A DNA stretch of 64,000 bases, from assembly GCA_052426225.1 (NCBI GenBank), contig JBNJNM010000007.1, positions 744,001 through 808,000 of the forward strand. The letters are read 5' to 3'. Made by a program: the position numbers and the translations under genes. Below are positions 1 through 12,284 of this stretch, in pieces. Below the pieces are notes generated by a model that did no database searches, was not told the DNA's origin, and worked only from the letters and a program-made list of their open reading frames with translations. Each line of letters starts with the position of its first letter. Within the stretch, counting starts at the first letter, position 1. The DNA is from Zancudomyces culisetae HAW-14-8 (taxonomy: Eukaryota; Fungi; Kickxellomycota).

Positions 1-569
1 TGTGATCGCAGGAAAGCCACCCCGTCCTGTCCGCACGAGTCAGGCTTCCACCATTAAAACTGGGCGGGATTATTTCTACTGTTGTTTCTTGATACTTTTT
101 TATTATGTCATTGTGCTATTCCGCTTTTAATCTTTTTGGTACTGTATTTATATCGTATTTTTGAGTCTAGAAGATAATCCCACCATGAAATAAACTAGGT
201 GAATGTAAAAAGTATAGTTCTTAAATATATGTGTGTAGAATGAAGAAAGAGAGGATATAAGAAGAAAGTATGTTATGTAGAGTTGAATATAACATTAATT
301 CGTTATTAACACTAAAAATAGGAAGCAGCACACATGTTTACATAGCCATTGTTCTTCCCGTTAGCTTGCTTTTTGGCTGCCAAATTTCTGATTTTTTTTA
401 GGAATGTTGAAAATATCACCCACTAGTATTAAATTAATGAAATAGACCACTATTAAGCAGGCAGCATTTTTTAAATTAAAAAACTTCTCTTTTGGAAAAT
501 CAAATCAGTTACAAATATACGCAGTACCAGCTTATTGTAAAATAAGGAGTGTGGAAAGTGCAAAAGAAA

Positions 570-2627
570 ATGGAGAAAGGGGAAAAAAGGGCCAGGCACG
601 TCAATGTAGAGTAAGTAATTGTAATAATAAAGTAAAAAAAACAATTACATTTGGAGGGCTAGAGGCCAAACTGATAAAAATCAACTTACAACATAGGGTG
701 TTTGGGAAGATTGTATGCAACAAATGTGGCGAAAGCTATGGATATGGTAGGGCTAGAAGTTATAAACTTATAAACTAAGAGAAATAGCATGGTTTAGCTA
801 AACTTTGGCCATCTAACCAAATAGAGAGATCAGGAATGAAATTGGAACAGCTGCATGGCGATTGTTACTATAATTTTACGTGTGCTAAATGTAATAACGG
901 GGAGGACAAGTATGAGAGAACGCAGATTAGTTGGTAAGTCTACATGAATGGAGAATGGGTGTGAATAAGGGGGTGATGGGTTAGTATTCTGCATTCTTCA
1001 AGTGTGCAAATTTAAGCGATCAGAAGAGTTAAAATATATTAATAACGATGATAGGGTGCAGGCAGTGCATTTAATTATGTACCACTTGAAAATGGAAGAG
1101 CCAGAAAAGAAGTATTTCAAGTGGAAAGAAAACATATGTGCGAAATTTGACAAGTACTGGGATTATTTGATGCCAGAGAAGATCAGAACGCCAACGTGGC
1201 ACAATACGGTAGCTGGATGTATTTCTACGCACAATGCGCTTTTCAAGTCGGGATTTGAGGAGACTCAGCAAAATGGATACTGGGCATTGGCGCATTTGGA
1301 AAAGCCATGCCGCGATGGATTTAGCAGTTCGACTCGACTTAAAGAAACAAACAAAGAGTTGAAAACAGGAATAAAATCGGAAGGAAAAGGAGGGGTGAAT
1401 GGTTCTGGAACGGGAGCAAATAGAAAGAAAAAAAAGAAGAGACCAAACACAGAAGGTGAGAAGGGTGGCGAGGAGGTCACATCGGGAAAAGTAAAAATAT
1501 ATTACGAAAGCGAAGGAAGCAGTATTGACGAGGATATCATTTTATCAGATGGCGAAGGCTGGTCTAGTGATAAAAGTGTGGAGGAGTATAACCACAGTAA
1601 ACAATTATTTATTCAGACATACACATACAAGAAGAGCGGAATAACTCAAAAATTAAGGTAAATTGATAAAAAATAGCATTTTCTTTATTTAAAAAAAGAG
1701 GGTTTAAGATAAATGAAGTCAAAAGCAATGTATGTGAAATACTACAATAGGAACGACTACAACTTACTAATTTAAAAAAGAAAATTTATCAGAATATAAA
1801 ATACAATACTACAACAAATTAAAGATACAATACAAGCGACAAGAACGAGAACAGAAACAAATATTGAAAATATGAACAAAGAAACAAGAGAAACACGTAT
1901 CGCAAAACTGCGAGAAAGATTTGAAAAAACTAAAGAGAAAAGAAAAGCAAGAAAAAACACGCTGAAAGAAAGAACAAAAGACGATGCACAGCAAAACACA
2001 ACATACGAGAGATCGTTTGCTAGAAGACTGTATGGATTAGATGTGGCTCACGAGGAGAAAGAGGCGAGAATTAGTGAATATTCGGGGATGAAGTTGTCTC
2101 GGATTATCTGGAGCTACACAATTGACGGGTTGAGGCAACCAGCGCGGCTAAAAATGCATAGCTACATAAAGGGTGTTAGAGCAGCAGGGCGGATAGAGTT
2201 TCGGTATGTTAAAAGCGAGGATTTACAGCAGATCAACGAAATGCTTGAAAATATATTTTGGCCAGGAATAGACATGTCAGACTCGCTTTCGACGCCCGAG
2301 TATTCAGTCGTCGCCACATATAATACATTTGTTATAGTTGGCTGTGCGTTCTTGTCTCCTATAGATTCATATCTATCATATATAGCAGTTCGGCCGGGTT
2401 GGGAGTCGTGTGGGATAGCGAAGCACATGTTGTATTTATTAATCAAGTCGTCGCCAAACAAAGACATTACGTTACATGTTTCAGTTACCAACTCGAATGC
2501 ACTGCTGTTGTATAATAAGTTTGGGTTTAAACCTGAGCAGTTTGTGGTTGGGTTTTACGATTCGTATTTCCCAGTAAACTCGTGGTTGTGTAGAGATGCA
2601 TTTTTTATGAGACTTCGGTGTGTTTGA
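570..2627 (+). CDS. KAT14/CSRP2BP (ATAC2)-like protein: N-terminal Cys-rich/winged-helix-like region plus C-terminal GNAT acetyltransferase
   Basis: Exons read by eye: 570-610, 697-746, 825-933, 1055-~1657, and a last exon ending 2627 (acceptor ambiguous, see findings). Spliced N-terminus has CNKC..GDCYYNFTCAKC..W/VQAVHLIMYHL..WHNTVAGCISTHNALFKSG. C-terminus has FWPGIDMSDSL, YIAVRPGWESCGIAKHMLYLLI, ITLHVSVTN..LLYNKFGFKPE and AFFMRLR, typical of KAT14. Confidence 0.8.
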
Positions 2628-2847
2628 TTGAACATGTTTTATATATTATTTTCGATTAGGTTTTTTTTAATCGTAAAACTTCAGATGTTTACAACTACTT
2701 TTTTCCCTCGCTTATATCAATTGAAACAAATGCTAAATAAATAAAAATACATTAGTTAATTATTTGGTAAACAAATTTGTAAACAAAAAAAATATTCTAA
2801 TGCACTAACAACAACAACAGTAAAGTAAACTAAATGTTCAAGCTAGA

Positions 2848-4458
2848 ATGGAAAAAACAACAAATATAAACAAAAAACTTTTGGTATATGGAGCCGTCTT
2901 ACGGCTAGCAATGCTGATTTTGGGCGAGTACCTAGATACAACAAAGACAACGTATACCGATATCGACTATTTTGTGTTTACGGACGCAAGTAGATATGTT
3001 TTCAACCTACAAAGTCCTTACCTCAGAGCAACCTATAGGTATACGCCACTTCTATCGTGGCTACTGGTTCCAAATATTTTTGTTCACAAGGCATTTGGAA
3101 AATTACTATTTGTGGGTTTTGACCTAGCTATTGGTGTAGTTTTGGATTTGATTTTGGAAGAACGGATCGAAACGGCAAATCTGGTTGCAGCTACAAGGGG
3201 AGCTGAAAGAAAGGCACTTGGAGATCAGTACCAATCGATAAAAAATACAAACAGAATTGAAAACGAAAACAAAAGTAAAAGTAAAAGTAAAAGCAATAAT
3301 GCCTACACATTACTGGAACCCAGTACTATTAGCACCAATAATGCGTGTGGCAAGATCAACAAGTCGGTTTATTTAGGGCTATGGCTATTAAATCCAATAG
3401 TTGCGAACATTTCGACTCGGGGAAACAGCGAGAGTATGATAAGCGTTGTGGTTTTGCTTTCACTATACTATTTCACAAGAAAGAGGTACGACTTGTCAGC
3501 AGTACTTTTTGGACTTTCGGTGCATTTAAAAATATACCCAGCGGTGTATTGTGTACCGATTTTGGTAATCTTAGCGGGAGACAAGGCGTATGGATATTAC
3601 GAGTTTCTGCCCAAAATATTCAACAAGAGACAATATAGGTTTGGAATTATAAGTTTTGGGGTGTTTATGGGTCTGAATGCTTTGATGTACATGATAAATG
3701 GTCATGAATTTCTCTCAGAAGCCTTGCTTTATCACTTTTCACGAAAGGATCACCGCCACAACTTTTCGGTTTGGTTTTTATCAATCTATCAACTGTACAA
3801 CTCACCCTCCATAAAACTGTACAGCTTGTTGTTTTCCTTCTTGCCACAGCTATTCACAGTGATATTGGTGGGGATCAAGTTTGGAAACGATTTGTATTTT
3901 GCAGCATTTTGTCAAACTTTTGTGTTTGTGATTTTCAACAAGGTTTATACTGCTCAGGTAAGTCTTTTTTAATTTTTTTTTGGGGGGGCGGGGAGGTTGT
4001 AGTTGGATTTATGGATAGTGTATTATTTATTCATTTATTTACACATTTACGATTGCTATGGTATAGTATTTCATGTGGTTCTTTAGCTTTTTGCCTATAA
4101 TATTTCCATTCACCAACATTAAATTGAGATACAAGGGGATCTTTTTGATTCTACTTTGGATAGCTTCACAGGTAATAACTGCATATACATACTAATATAA
4201 ATTATACATTATAAACTATACATTTACACATTTACGTATACTTTATCGTCACTACATTGTTGAAAGTAATACTAAAAATACATAAAATATTAGGCATACT
4301 ACTTGAATATAGCAAACCAGTTTGAAAACATGGGAATGAATGTATTGTATGAGCTATGGGTTTCGAATATCATTTTATTTGTTTCAAATGTGTATATTTT
4401 GATAGAGTTGATTAATAACCAAAACATTATACCCATTGACAAAATCAAGATTGCATAG
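2848..4458 (+). CDS. GPI14: GPI mannosyltransferase I (PIG-M/Gpi14)
   Basis: Exons 2848-3957, 4067-4171, 4294-4458, all GT-AG. Motifs YTDIDYFVFTDA, SPYLRATYRYTPLL, ISTRGNSES, VHLKIYP, RKDHRHNFS, FNKVYTAQ/YFMW. C-terminal KIKIA fits a KxKxx ER-retrieval signal. Confidence 0.95.
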
Positions 4459-4775
4459 AATAAAAGCGTTTTACTCTTTTTTTTTCACTTTATAAAGCAT
4501 GTTTATATATTTTTTTGTACAATGTACCAATTACAAAGGAGGTATAGTACAAAAGTACATGTTTATTTTAATTTGGTCCTCAGATCAAATAAATTGTATA
4601 AAAAAAATTTTTTTTTATAGCGAAAAATTTTAGGTATTTAATATATTGCTAGTAAAAGTAGAAAAATAAAAGTAGACGTAGACGTATATATAGTAAAAAA
4701 AAATAGCTAGTAAATAACCAAATAATAGTTCACTTGATTTTAGACTTGCAAAAATATAACATACAAAAAGTAGAA

Positions 4776-7700
4776 ATGGTAAATGACCGGGGAAAAGAAA
4801 AGCGAAAGGTAAATGCATTTACAAGTGAAAACGAAGTGTCTATACAGGACAACTTGTTTAGGAAACGAGCTAAACCAGAAACACCAACCAAATCCAAATC
4901 CAAATCCAAATCAAAATCCGAATCCAAAACTACGATAGAAGATAATAGCAATAATACAGTAGTGGTGGGAAATACCGCATTCAAAAGTCAAACAAAAAGA
5001 AATGAAACAAAAAAGGGGGAAATAAAAAGCGGTAGAGATATAGAGGCGGTTTTCAGTGCACAAAGTGTGGATTTATTGGAGGTGGAAAAAGTTATTGAAT
5101 TTTTGACGCAAATTGTACAAGAGCGTGAACAATTGGCAAAGGGTAATAGCGTTATTGATGATGAAGCTGAAGAAAGTAAAGATAATAAAAATATGAAGCT
5201 TGGCGAGTTGCGGATAGAATACGAGAGAAAAATGAGGATAGTTTATGATTGGGAGAAACAGAGCAACAGCACAGGTAGTAGTGGTGGTAATAACAGCAGC
5301 AATTCTGGCAGATTTGATTCGTTGTTTAAGCATTGGACGGAAACAAGCAGTCCACAAGAAGGTGGGCGAAATATCAAGGTAGAAAGTGGGGATATTAAGA
5401 GATCGGTTATCCGGGTGATAACGATACTGTTGAAGGTGGTCGATTCGGAGGTATTGCTTGAGGATTGTGGAAACAAGATGGTGAGGCGAATAGTGAGAGA
5501 GAAACTCAGGGATATTATTGAGCCAGATCAACAGCATTATTATAACCAAGGTAAAGGTCAAGATCAAGGTCAAGATCAGAATCAGGAAAAACGAGCGCTT
5601 GAGCAACAATTACAAAGAATTAGTGCAAACAAGACAAGAGCAAAGAGAATTGAGGGAGTATACTATAAATTGATAGAAAACATGATAGAATTTCAAAAAG
5701 GAAAATATGCGAATGAGCTATATTCGTTGATACAATGGAAGTTAATGCAGACATCTAGTGGAAGTGGGTATATAAATATGGGAAAGATTAGAATATGGAG
5801 TAAATTGATTGAGTACTTGAATGTGGAAAACAAAACCAAGTTGATGAATGATAAAAAGTTTTCTGGGGGAATGTTGATAACACTATTATCAATACCACCA
5901 AAGACAAATAAAGAAAAAAGCGAAGAAAAAAATGAAGGAAAGGGTGAAGGCGAGGCAGAAGACGGTAAAAAATTGAATAATGAAAACATTGAAAGAGTAA
6001 TCGAATTAATAAAAAGGATAAAAAAACATATATTGATGGACGAGAGAATTAAGAGATGGGAAAAGACCAAGTTTTTCCATTACAACATTAACGATCAGTT
6101 GATAAAAGTTATGGAAATGGATTTAAGTGAACAACAACAACAACAACAACAAATACAACAAAAAGAAGGAGAAAAAGAGAAGGAGTTGAGACAATTTTGT
6201 ATAGAAACACTTGAAGAAACAGTTTATGGAAAGTATAGAGTATATGATAAGGAAAAAAACAAGCGAGAAATTATGGAATTACTAGTTACAAAGTTAAAAT
6301 GGGTATTTGGTAGAAATGATGTGATGGGAATGCAGCTGATAATCAGGATTTTGGAAAACTATACAACTACAGATAATAACAATCCTGGTAGTGGTAGTGG
6401 TAGTGATAAAGATAGAGATAGAGATAGAGAGGGTGGATTGATGATCAAGGAGTATATAATGGCAGCGAGTAGTTTTGGGGTATTTGAAATTGATGTGAAA
6501 ACAGTGACAACAAGATACTTGGCAAGTATGTGGTTCATTTTGAAGATTATGCAGACGAGAAAGACGATCAAGGGAGATAAAGTTGATTCTAACGATTACC
6601 TTTATGGTATATTCAACAAAAACATATTGAGCCGAGGAATTCAAAACCACAACAGTCCATTGATTCAGTATTTTTCGTTCCAGGTGCTTTGCAACAGTTT
6701 AAACAGCATGAGCAACCAAGAAAATAACGACGTTGCGTCAATGATACAGATGCAAATGCAACAGCGGATTCCAGAGTGGAATGTAGTATTGAGTGTTTAT
6801 AGAGCACAAATAAACAACATTACCAAGAAGTCGTTACAAAATTCAAATCCAAATTCAAATCCAAATTCAAATTCAAATTCAAATGGCGAAAACGTGAATT
6901 TGATGCTATTGGAAATCACAAGTCGAGTAGTTAAAGAATATGCAGCTAATTTTAGTGAATGGATAATCCAAAGTAAATTTGAAATGGTAAAGCTGGTTCA
7001 GGACGTTACAATGCTTTATAACCAATCTTATTTGAGACAGGATAAACAGCTGGACTATGTATCTTTGATTCTTGTCAATATTCTCAATAGTATTTTATTG
7101 GTAAATAATCGCAAATCGAGTATAAAATCGAATTTGAAATCCGAAATACCTCTGCTTGTTGATCTTTACATTTCCACAGCAAACAATAACAGTGTTGTTG
7201 GAAAATTATCAAGAAAACTATTGATTAAACATCTTGTTGAACATCAATTTGTAGAGAATGAACAACAGGCTAAACTGTGGATAATTCCTGAACTTGGAAT
7301 GATAAAACAAGTCTTTGGAGACTTTTTGCTGTTGGTACCGGATGATACCAGTTCTTTTAATATTTACCACGATGCTATTAAACAACAAGATAATGGTATC
7401 AACTTGTTTAAATCATCCAACTTGCAAATATTAAAGAATGGTGATAATGATAATGATAACGATAAAGATAACGATTCTTCCAGTATTGAAAAAAGAAAAT
7501 CTGATTTAAATGATATTGGAATGTTTATACTCTTGAAACATCTTTATAAAACTGTTGAAACATTTAACAGCGACAATAACAACAAAGTCGATGCTGAAAG
7601 AAAGACTAGTTGTAGAAACATGTTTTCATATCTTGCAAGCGTATTAATCAAATATTTTACTACTACTAAAAGTAATCAGTCAAAACAGCTATTAAGATTG

Positions 7701-10700
7701 ATAAAACATGATATTCCAAACATACTTTTATCATTGTTGGCGAAAAGCAATTCAAGTAGCAATGGAAATCAAGATGTTTTGGAAATGTATAGACAGCAAG
7801 TAGAATGGATAGTTTTGGGATTGGAGAATTACTTGGAACTGAGTAATAACAAGATTGAATTTCCTCATTTATCACTTGGTTCTTCATCACCTACCATTCA
7901 AAAGCATATCAAATCACTCGAAATACTGTTTACAAACCAAATTAACTCTAAAGATGTTTACGTTCAGGATTTGAACTTGGATAAGATCATTGATAAATAC
8001 ATTCGTATTTCACTAGCCAGTACCAGCAATAGTGACATTTGGATACAGTATAAGAAAATAATCAAGATCTTGGGTACTCATAATGATGATGGCAATACAA
8101 ATAATAACAGTTTACTACAGGCTTTATTCGTTCCTTTAATCCAACACATTGAACAAATAATCGACAAGAATAGGTTGGAGCTCATCTATATCGGAATCAA
8201 TGCAGTTTTGTTATCATCCGCAAATACTAACCAGATCAGAAATGAACAAATAATTATTCAATTTGGACAACTTGTACTTTCTAGACTTGTTGATTATTAT
8301 TGCGCCACTTTTAACAAGAATGGTAATGACAACGAGAGAGTAACCATCATGGCTTTGATTTATAAAGTAATGAAATTTGACATTCAATTCAACATCAATC
8401 CTGATCAACTTTTGGTATTTCAACGCAAGTTAATTGCGCAATTCAACACCAACACTAATACCAACACCAACACTAACACTAATAATTACAATTACAATTA
8501 CAATGGTAACAGTGTCAATGTATTTATCAAGACTTTGTTACTTGGTAGTCACAATGATAGTTTTGGAATTGTCAGTCTAGTACTTGATATCCAAAACAAA
8601 GATATCATTGTCGATATTCTTGTAAACCTGAAACATTTGATTCCTAATTTCACCTTGACTAGTGTACAAACAACACACTCCACTGAACTATTGGAAAAAA
8701 GGCTATTACAGCTAATTCGCGACTTGATAATCGAGAAACAGTCAGCTTTGCTTGAATCTCTCTTTACCTCTGACATTGGATTGTTAAACAACCAATCTAT
8801 TCTATCTCTACTAGTTGATTGTAGTAACACTCAAACCCAAACCCAAACTCAAACTCAAACTCAATCAATGTTATCATTAGACATGCTACAGCTGATAATC
8901 AAGGTATGTTTTGACTACAACAACAACAACAATAACAACAACAACTCTTGTGTAAATAAAATTGCTTTTAAACGCGATATTTCGAATATACTTACCATAC
9001 AGCGTATACTGAAATTCATCAACCAATTTGAATTACCCACACTCATTTCCGCTATTACTTTTAACTCGGATAATGACTGCTATTTGGATATCCTCTACTA
9101 CTACCACAACCTACTTGAAGATTCTGTTGCCTGTTTAAATCTTGTAAAGAGTATTCAAAATCCAAAACTATATACCATTGTTATTGATAAGCTAAGTATT
9201 GAATCCACAAACAACAACAACAACGACAACAATGACAATATCGAACTGATTTTAACTCTACTTGAAAATATTATTCAGCTTGTTTCCAAAAATAACAACA
9301 ACAATAACAACCAGGATTACTCGATTTTGCAATATAACCTTGGTTTCTGTCTTGAAAAACTTTATGGTTTTATTGTCAATCTTTCTCGTAAATATTCACC
9401 AACAAATGACAAGTCTACTTCTTTTTCGTCAACATCGTCAACATGTTCTTTTACGAATAAGATTCAAATTTTGATTTGTGATTATCTTGGTAAAGTCATT
9501 AATACTTTGGATATAAACACAATTCAAAAAGATATTACTTTTCTTGAAACAACCACCAAGCATGACAATGACAATGAAAATGAAAATGATAATGAGAATA
9601 ATAGTGGTATTCATCTGTTGATTAATGGCATATCTTGTACTCATTTTAAATCTATTCAACTCGTTTCCTCAATCTTGGTTTTATTACTTGATGTATTGGC
9701 ACCATCACCCCCTTCTCTTCTCGATACCACTACCACTACTACAACTACTACTACAAAATGTACGTTTATCAATGATCTAATCAATACAAATCCTTACATC
9801 CTTCTACTTTTAAACCAACAACAATCAACTATTCGTTATGAATTAATCAGCCTGCTAATCAATATTTACAAATTAACAATCCCAAAGACCACCACCACCA
9901 CCACTACTACTACTACTAATCCTTCTATTGATATTGATATTGATATTGGAAATACTTTGATTCGTATTCTGTTTATGGCTTACTATGGAACTCGATCTCT
10001 ATCTGATTGCTTGATCTATGACTTTGGCAAATACTTTGAATCCTCCACCAAAAACTCTCTACTCAATATTATCTCGTCTCATTTCCAAACTCAATCGTCA
10101 CTAAACTCTATTGCTCTACAAACAATTTCTCAATACTTTATTTACCACTACAACAACAACAACAACAACAATTACAATGACAGTAATGATGTCGAAGATG
10201 AAATGAATAATCCAGGCAATGGATTTAGTTCTCACTATCTCAATTTGTTTAAAAATACAGATTTGGTTCAATCAATCCTGTTTAAACTCGACTACAGAAA
10301 GATAAAACGGTCTATATACACCAACTTTAATCCTGTTGACCAACTACTCTTCTCTTCTTCCAATACTATTGATGATACCAACGATACTCTCAACGATTCG
10401 GTCGGATACAATGATGATTACAATCTAGAGTTTTTGTTAAAACTTGCTACTGTTGTTTTGCTGTATATCAAACTACAAATACAACCGGTTGTTGCTCAAG
10501 ATACCTCGAGTCGCTCTACCCTTTTGAATAATCTTTGTTTGTTGATTGAAGAATTCTACAAATCAAACCTCCTTTGCGTTTTAATCATTCATCTCTCTAG
10601 TGATCATTTACCCTTGCGAAAGATGGCTTATTTCAACTTGGATCTGTGTTTCCATAACCTAAATTCCCTTGTATTCCTATCTACCGAATCCAAAAACTCT

Positions 10701-12284
10701 TCAATTATTGTCAATGCTAACAACAATTCTAAATACAAAAACCATTTACTATTATTACTATCTCATATTAAAAACTACAACTCGCCTTCTTCTTCCTCCT
10801 CTTCCTCCTCATCATCATCAACATTAATCGATAAAGACAACAATATGGATATAGATATGGGTATGGATAAAGATATGGATAAAGATGAAATCAAAACTAC
10901 ATCGAATATTCAATCTGAGACTAAAACTGAGACTAAAACTGAGTGTGTACCATTTACTAAACTACCTCACTTTTATTGCCTCCTATTTTGTGAATTCTCA
11001 TCTATTCTCGTCAACAAAATTCACTCTCCTTTATACAAATTTACAAATCACTTTTTGCTACTCTATCCCTCCCTCGATTTCTCCAATGCCTACTATTTCC
11101 TCAATAACCTCATCTTATCCTATTCTCCAAACAACATCAATAGCCCTATTGGTTTCAATCTTATCATCCAGTCTCTTAAATTCTACTACCAACAACGCCA
11201 ACTGTTCCAAAAATCTTTTACTGTCCAACAACTCGTCTCTGCTTTACTTCCCTCTTCTTCTTCCTCTTCCTCTTCCTCTTCTCTCTCTCTCTTCCCCTTC
11301 TCCTTCTCCTCCTCCTCCTCCTCCCATACTACCAATATTATTCCTTCTCATCATCAATCCCTCCTTTTATACAAATTATTCTTCAATTTATCTTGTGCAA
11401 ACAACTCACTTTCTCTTTTCTCTGCTCTATTCGCTCGTGATGGTTGCCTTGCTTTCACTTTTCTCAATCTGTTCCCTCCTTCAGTTACCCCTTCCCCTTT
11501 CTCTTCTTCTCCTTCCTCTTCTTCTCCTTCCTCTTTAATTAATCTCCTATATCTATCAAGATTATCCTTACGTTTCCTCCTAAACTCTCCCTTTGCTCTC
11601 TCATCACCATCATCCTCATCTCTCCCTCAATCTGTCCTTTTCTCTATTCAATCTGCCACTAAAACTCTTTCCTCTCTTCCTATCAACTCTAAACCATCTA
11701 TCCTCTCTCTTGCCATCTTCCATTCAACCCTTGCCTCTCTCTATTCCTTGTTCAACATCCATTACACCACAAACTCTATCACCACTCCTTCTGCTCCTTC
11801 ATCCCTCTCTACGTCCTCTACATCCTCTACCTTTGACCTCATCTCCCTTCTCTCCAAGGACTTGTTTATTCAAATTTACAACGCCTTTTCCGCTCACACA
11901 GCTACTACTACTCCCTTCTCCACTACTAATTCATCTCCCCCCTCACACAGCTTCTCTTTTGACTCTTTCCTTGAATTTATGTCAACTTGTACAAACTTTG
12001 ATTCTATCACTTGTCTACTACTACCTTCCTCATCAACCACAAAATCTACCAATATCAACCCCTCAATCTTTTCATCTCATGCTATTGATACCGACTTCAA
12101 AGTTGCCATCTATAACCACTATTACTCTTCCTGTTGCTTACTACTTTTCCACCTCTCTGTTATTTACCACTCTACTGACCCACTTTCCCCAAACTCTACT
12201 AACAACTCTGCAAACATTTGCTTACAATCATTTAAACTCGCCTTGAAATTTTACCCCGACTTGGCCAATTATCTTGCCAATTAA
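4776..12284 (+). CDS. URB1: Nucleolar pre-ribosomal-associated protein 1 (URB1/Npa1)-like, about 2500 aa, intronless
   Basis: Single long ORF, first ATG at 4776. Motifs AYYGTRSLSD, YNLEFLL and LSSDHLPLRKMAY match the NopRA1 C-terminal region. NKNILSRGIQ..PLIQY and RIPEWNVVL resemble the Npa1 N-terminal part. Many low-complexity insertions. Confidence 0.75.
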   Translation: MVNDRGKEKRKVNAFTSENEVSIQDNLFRKRAKPETPTKSKSKSKSKSESKTTIEDNSNNTVVVGNTAFKSQTKRNETKKGEIKSGRDIEAVFSAQSVDLLEVEKVIEFLTQIVQEREQLAKGNSVIDDEAEESKDNKNMKLGELRIEYERKMRIVYDWEKQSNSTGSSGGNNSSNSGRFDSLFKHWTETSSPQEGGRNIKVESGDIKRSVIRVITILLKVVDSEVLLEDCGNKMVRRIVREKLRDIIEPDQQHYYNQGKGQDQGQDQNQEKRALEQQLQRISANKTRAKRIEGVYYKLIENMIEFQKGKYANELYSLIQWKLMQTSSGSGYINMGKIRIWSKLIEYLNVENKTKLMNDKKFSGGMLITLLSIPPKTNKEKSEEKNEGKGEGEAEDGKKLNNENIERVIELIKRIKKHILMDERIKRWEKTKFFHYNINDQLIKVMEMDLSEQQQQQQQIQQKEGEKEKELRQFCIETLEETVYGKYRVYDKEKNKREIMELLVTKLKWVFGRNDVMGMQLIIRILENYTTTDNNNPGSGSGSDKDRDRDREGGLMIKEYIMAASSFGVFEIDVKTVTTRYLASMWFILKIMQTRKTIKGDKVDSNDYLYGIFNKNILSRGIQNHNSPLIQYFSFQVLCNSLNSMSNQENNDVASMIQMQMQQRIPEWNVVLSVYRAQINNITKKSLQNSNPNSNPNSNSNSNGENVNLMLLEITSRVVKEYAANFSEWIIQSKFEMVKLVQDVTMLYNQSYLRQDKQLDYVSLILVNILNSILLVNNRKSSIKSNLKSEIPLLVDLYISTANNNSVVGKLSRKLLIKHLVEHQFVENEQQAKLWIIPELGMIKQVFGDFLLLVPDDTSSFNIYHDAIKQQDNGINLFKSSNLQILKNGDNDNDNDKDNDSSSIEKRKSDLNDIGMFILLKHLYKTVETFNSDNNNKVDAERKTSCRNMFSYLASVLIKYFTTTKSNQSKQLLRLIKHDIPNILLSLLAKSNSSSNGNQDVLEMYRQQVEWIVLGLENYLELSNNKIEFPHLSLGSSSPTIQKHIKSLEILFTNQINSKDVYVQDLNLDKIIDKYIRISLASTSNSDIWIQYKKIIKILGTHNDDGNTNNNSLLQALFVPLIQHIEQIIDKNRLELIYIGINAVLLSSANTNQIRNEQIIIQFGQLVLSRLVDYYCATFNKNGNDNERVTIMALIYKVMKFDIQFNINPDQLLVFQRKLIAQFNTNTNTNTNTNTNNYNYNYNGNSVNVFIKTLLLGSHNDSFGIVSLVLDIQNKDIIVDILVNLKHLIPNFTLTSVQTTHSTELLEKRLLQLIRDLIIEKQSALLESLFTSDIGLLNNQSILSLLVDCSNTQTQTQTQTQTQSMLSLDMLQLIIKVCFDYNNNNNNNNNSCVNKIAFKRDISNILTIQRILKFINQFELPTLISAITFNSDNDCYLDILYYYHNLLEDSVACLNLVKSIQNPKLYTIVIDKLSIESTNNNNNDNNDNIELILTLLENIIQLVSKNNNNNNNQDYSILQYNLGFCLEKLYGFIVNLSRKYSPTNDKSTSFSSTSSTCSFTNKIQILICDYLGKVINTLDINTIQKDITFLETTTKHDNDNENENDNENNSGIHLLINGISCTHFKSIQLVSSILVLLLDVLAPSPPSLLDTTTTTTTTTTKCTFINDLINTNPYILLLLNQQQSTIRYELISLLINIYKLTIPKTTTTTTTTTTNPSIDIDIDIGNTLIRILFMAYYGTRSLSDCLIYDFGKYFESSTKNSLLNIISSHFQTQSSLNSIALQTISQYFIYHYNNNNNNNYNDSNDVEDEMNNPGNGFSSHYLNLFKNTDLVQSILFKLDYRKIKRSIYTNFNPVDQLLFSSSNTIDDTNDTLNDSVGYNDDYNLEFLLKLATVVLLYIKLQIQPVVAQDTSSRSTLLNNLCLLIEEFYKSNLLCVLIIHLSSDHLPLRKMAYFNLDLCFHNLNSLVFLSTESKNSSIIVNANNNSKYKNHLLLLLSHIKNYNSPSSSSSSSSSSSTLIDKDNNMDIDMGMDKDMDKDEIKTTSNIQSETKTETKTECVPFTKLPHFYCLLFCEFSSILVNKIHSPLYKFTNHFLLLYPSLDFSNAYYFLNNLILSYSPNNINSPIGFNLIIQSLKFYYQQRQLFQKSFTVQQLVSALLPSSSSSSSSSSLSLFPFSFSSSSSSHTTNIIPSHHQSLLLYKLFFNLSCANNSLSLFSALFARDGCLAFTFLNLFPPSVTPSPFSSSPSSSSPSSLINLLYLSRLSLRFLLNSPFALSSPSSSSLPQSVLFSIQSATKTLSSLPINSKPSILSLAIFHSTLASLYSLFNIHYTTNSITTPSAPSSLSTSSTSSTFDLISLLSKDLFIQIYNAFSAHTATTTPFSTTNSSPPSHSFSFDSFLEFMSTCTNFDSITCLLLPSSSTTKSTNINPSIFSSHAIDTDFKVAIYNHYYSSCCLLLFHLSVIYHSTDPLSPNSTNNSANICLQSFKLALKFYPDLANYLAN

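Noticed and set aside
1-190. GC-richer segment at the window edge (gene end or ncRNA?)
   Set aside because: Truncated; no frame or RNA motif could be assigned.
10885-12246. Two 217-aa overlapping ORFs within URB1, and other antisense or alternative-frame ORFs
   Set aside because: By-products of extreme C/T skew and low complexity, which deplete stop codons. No domain signal.
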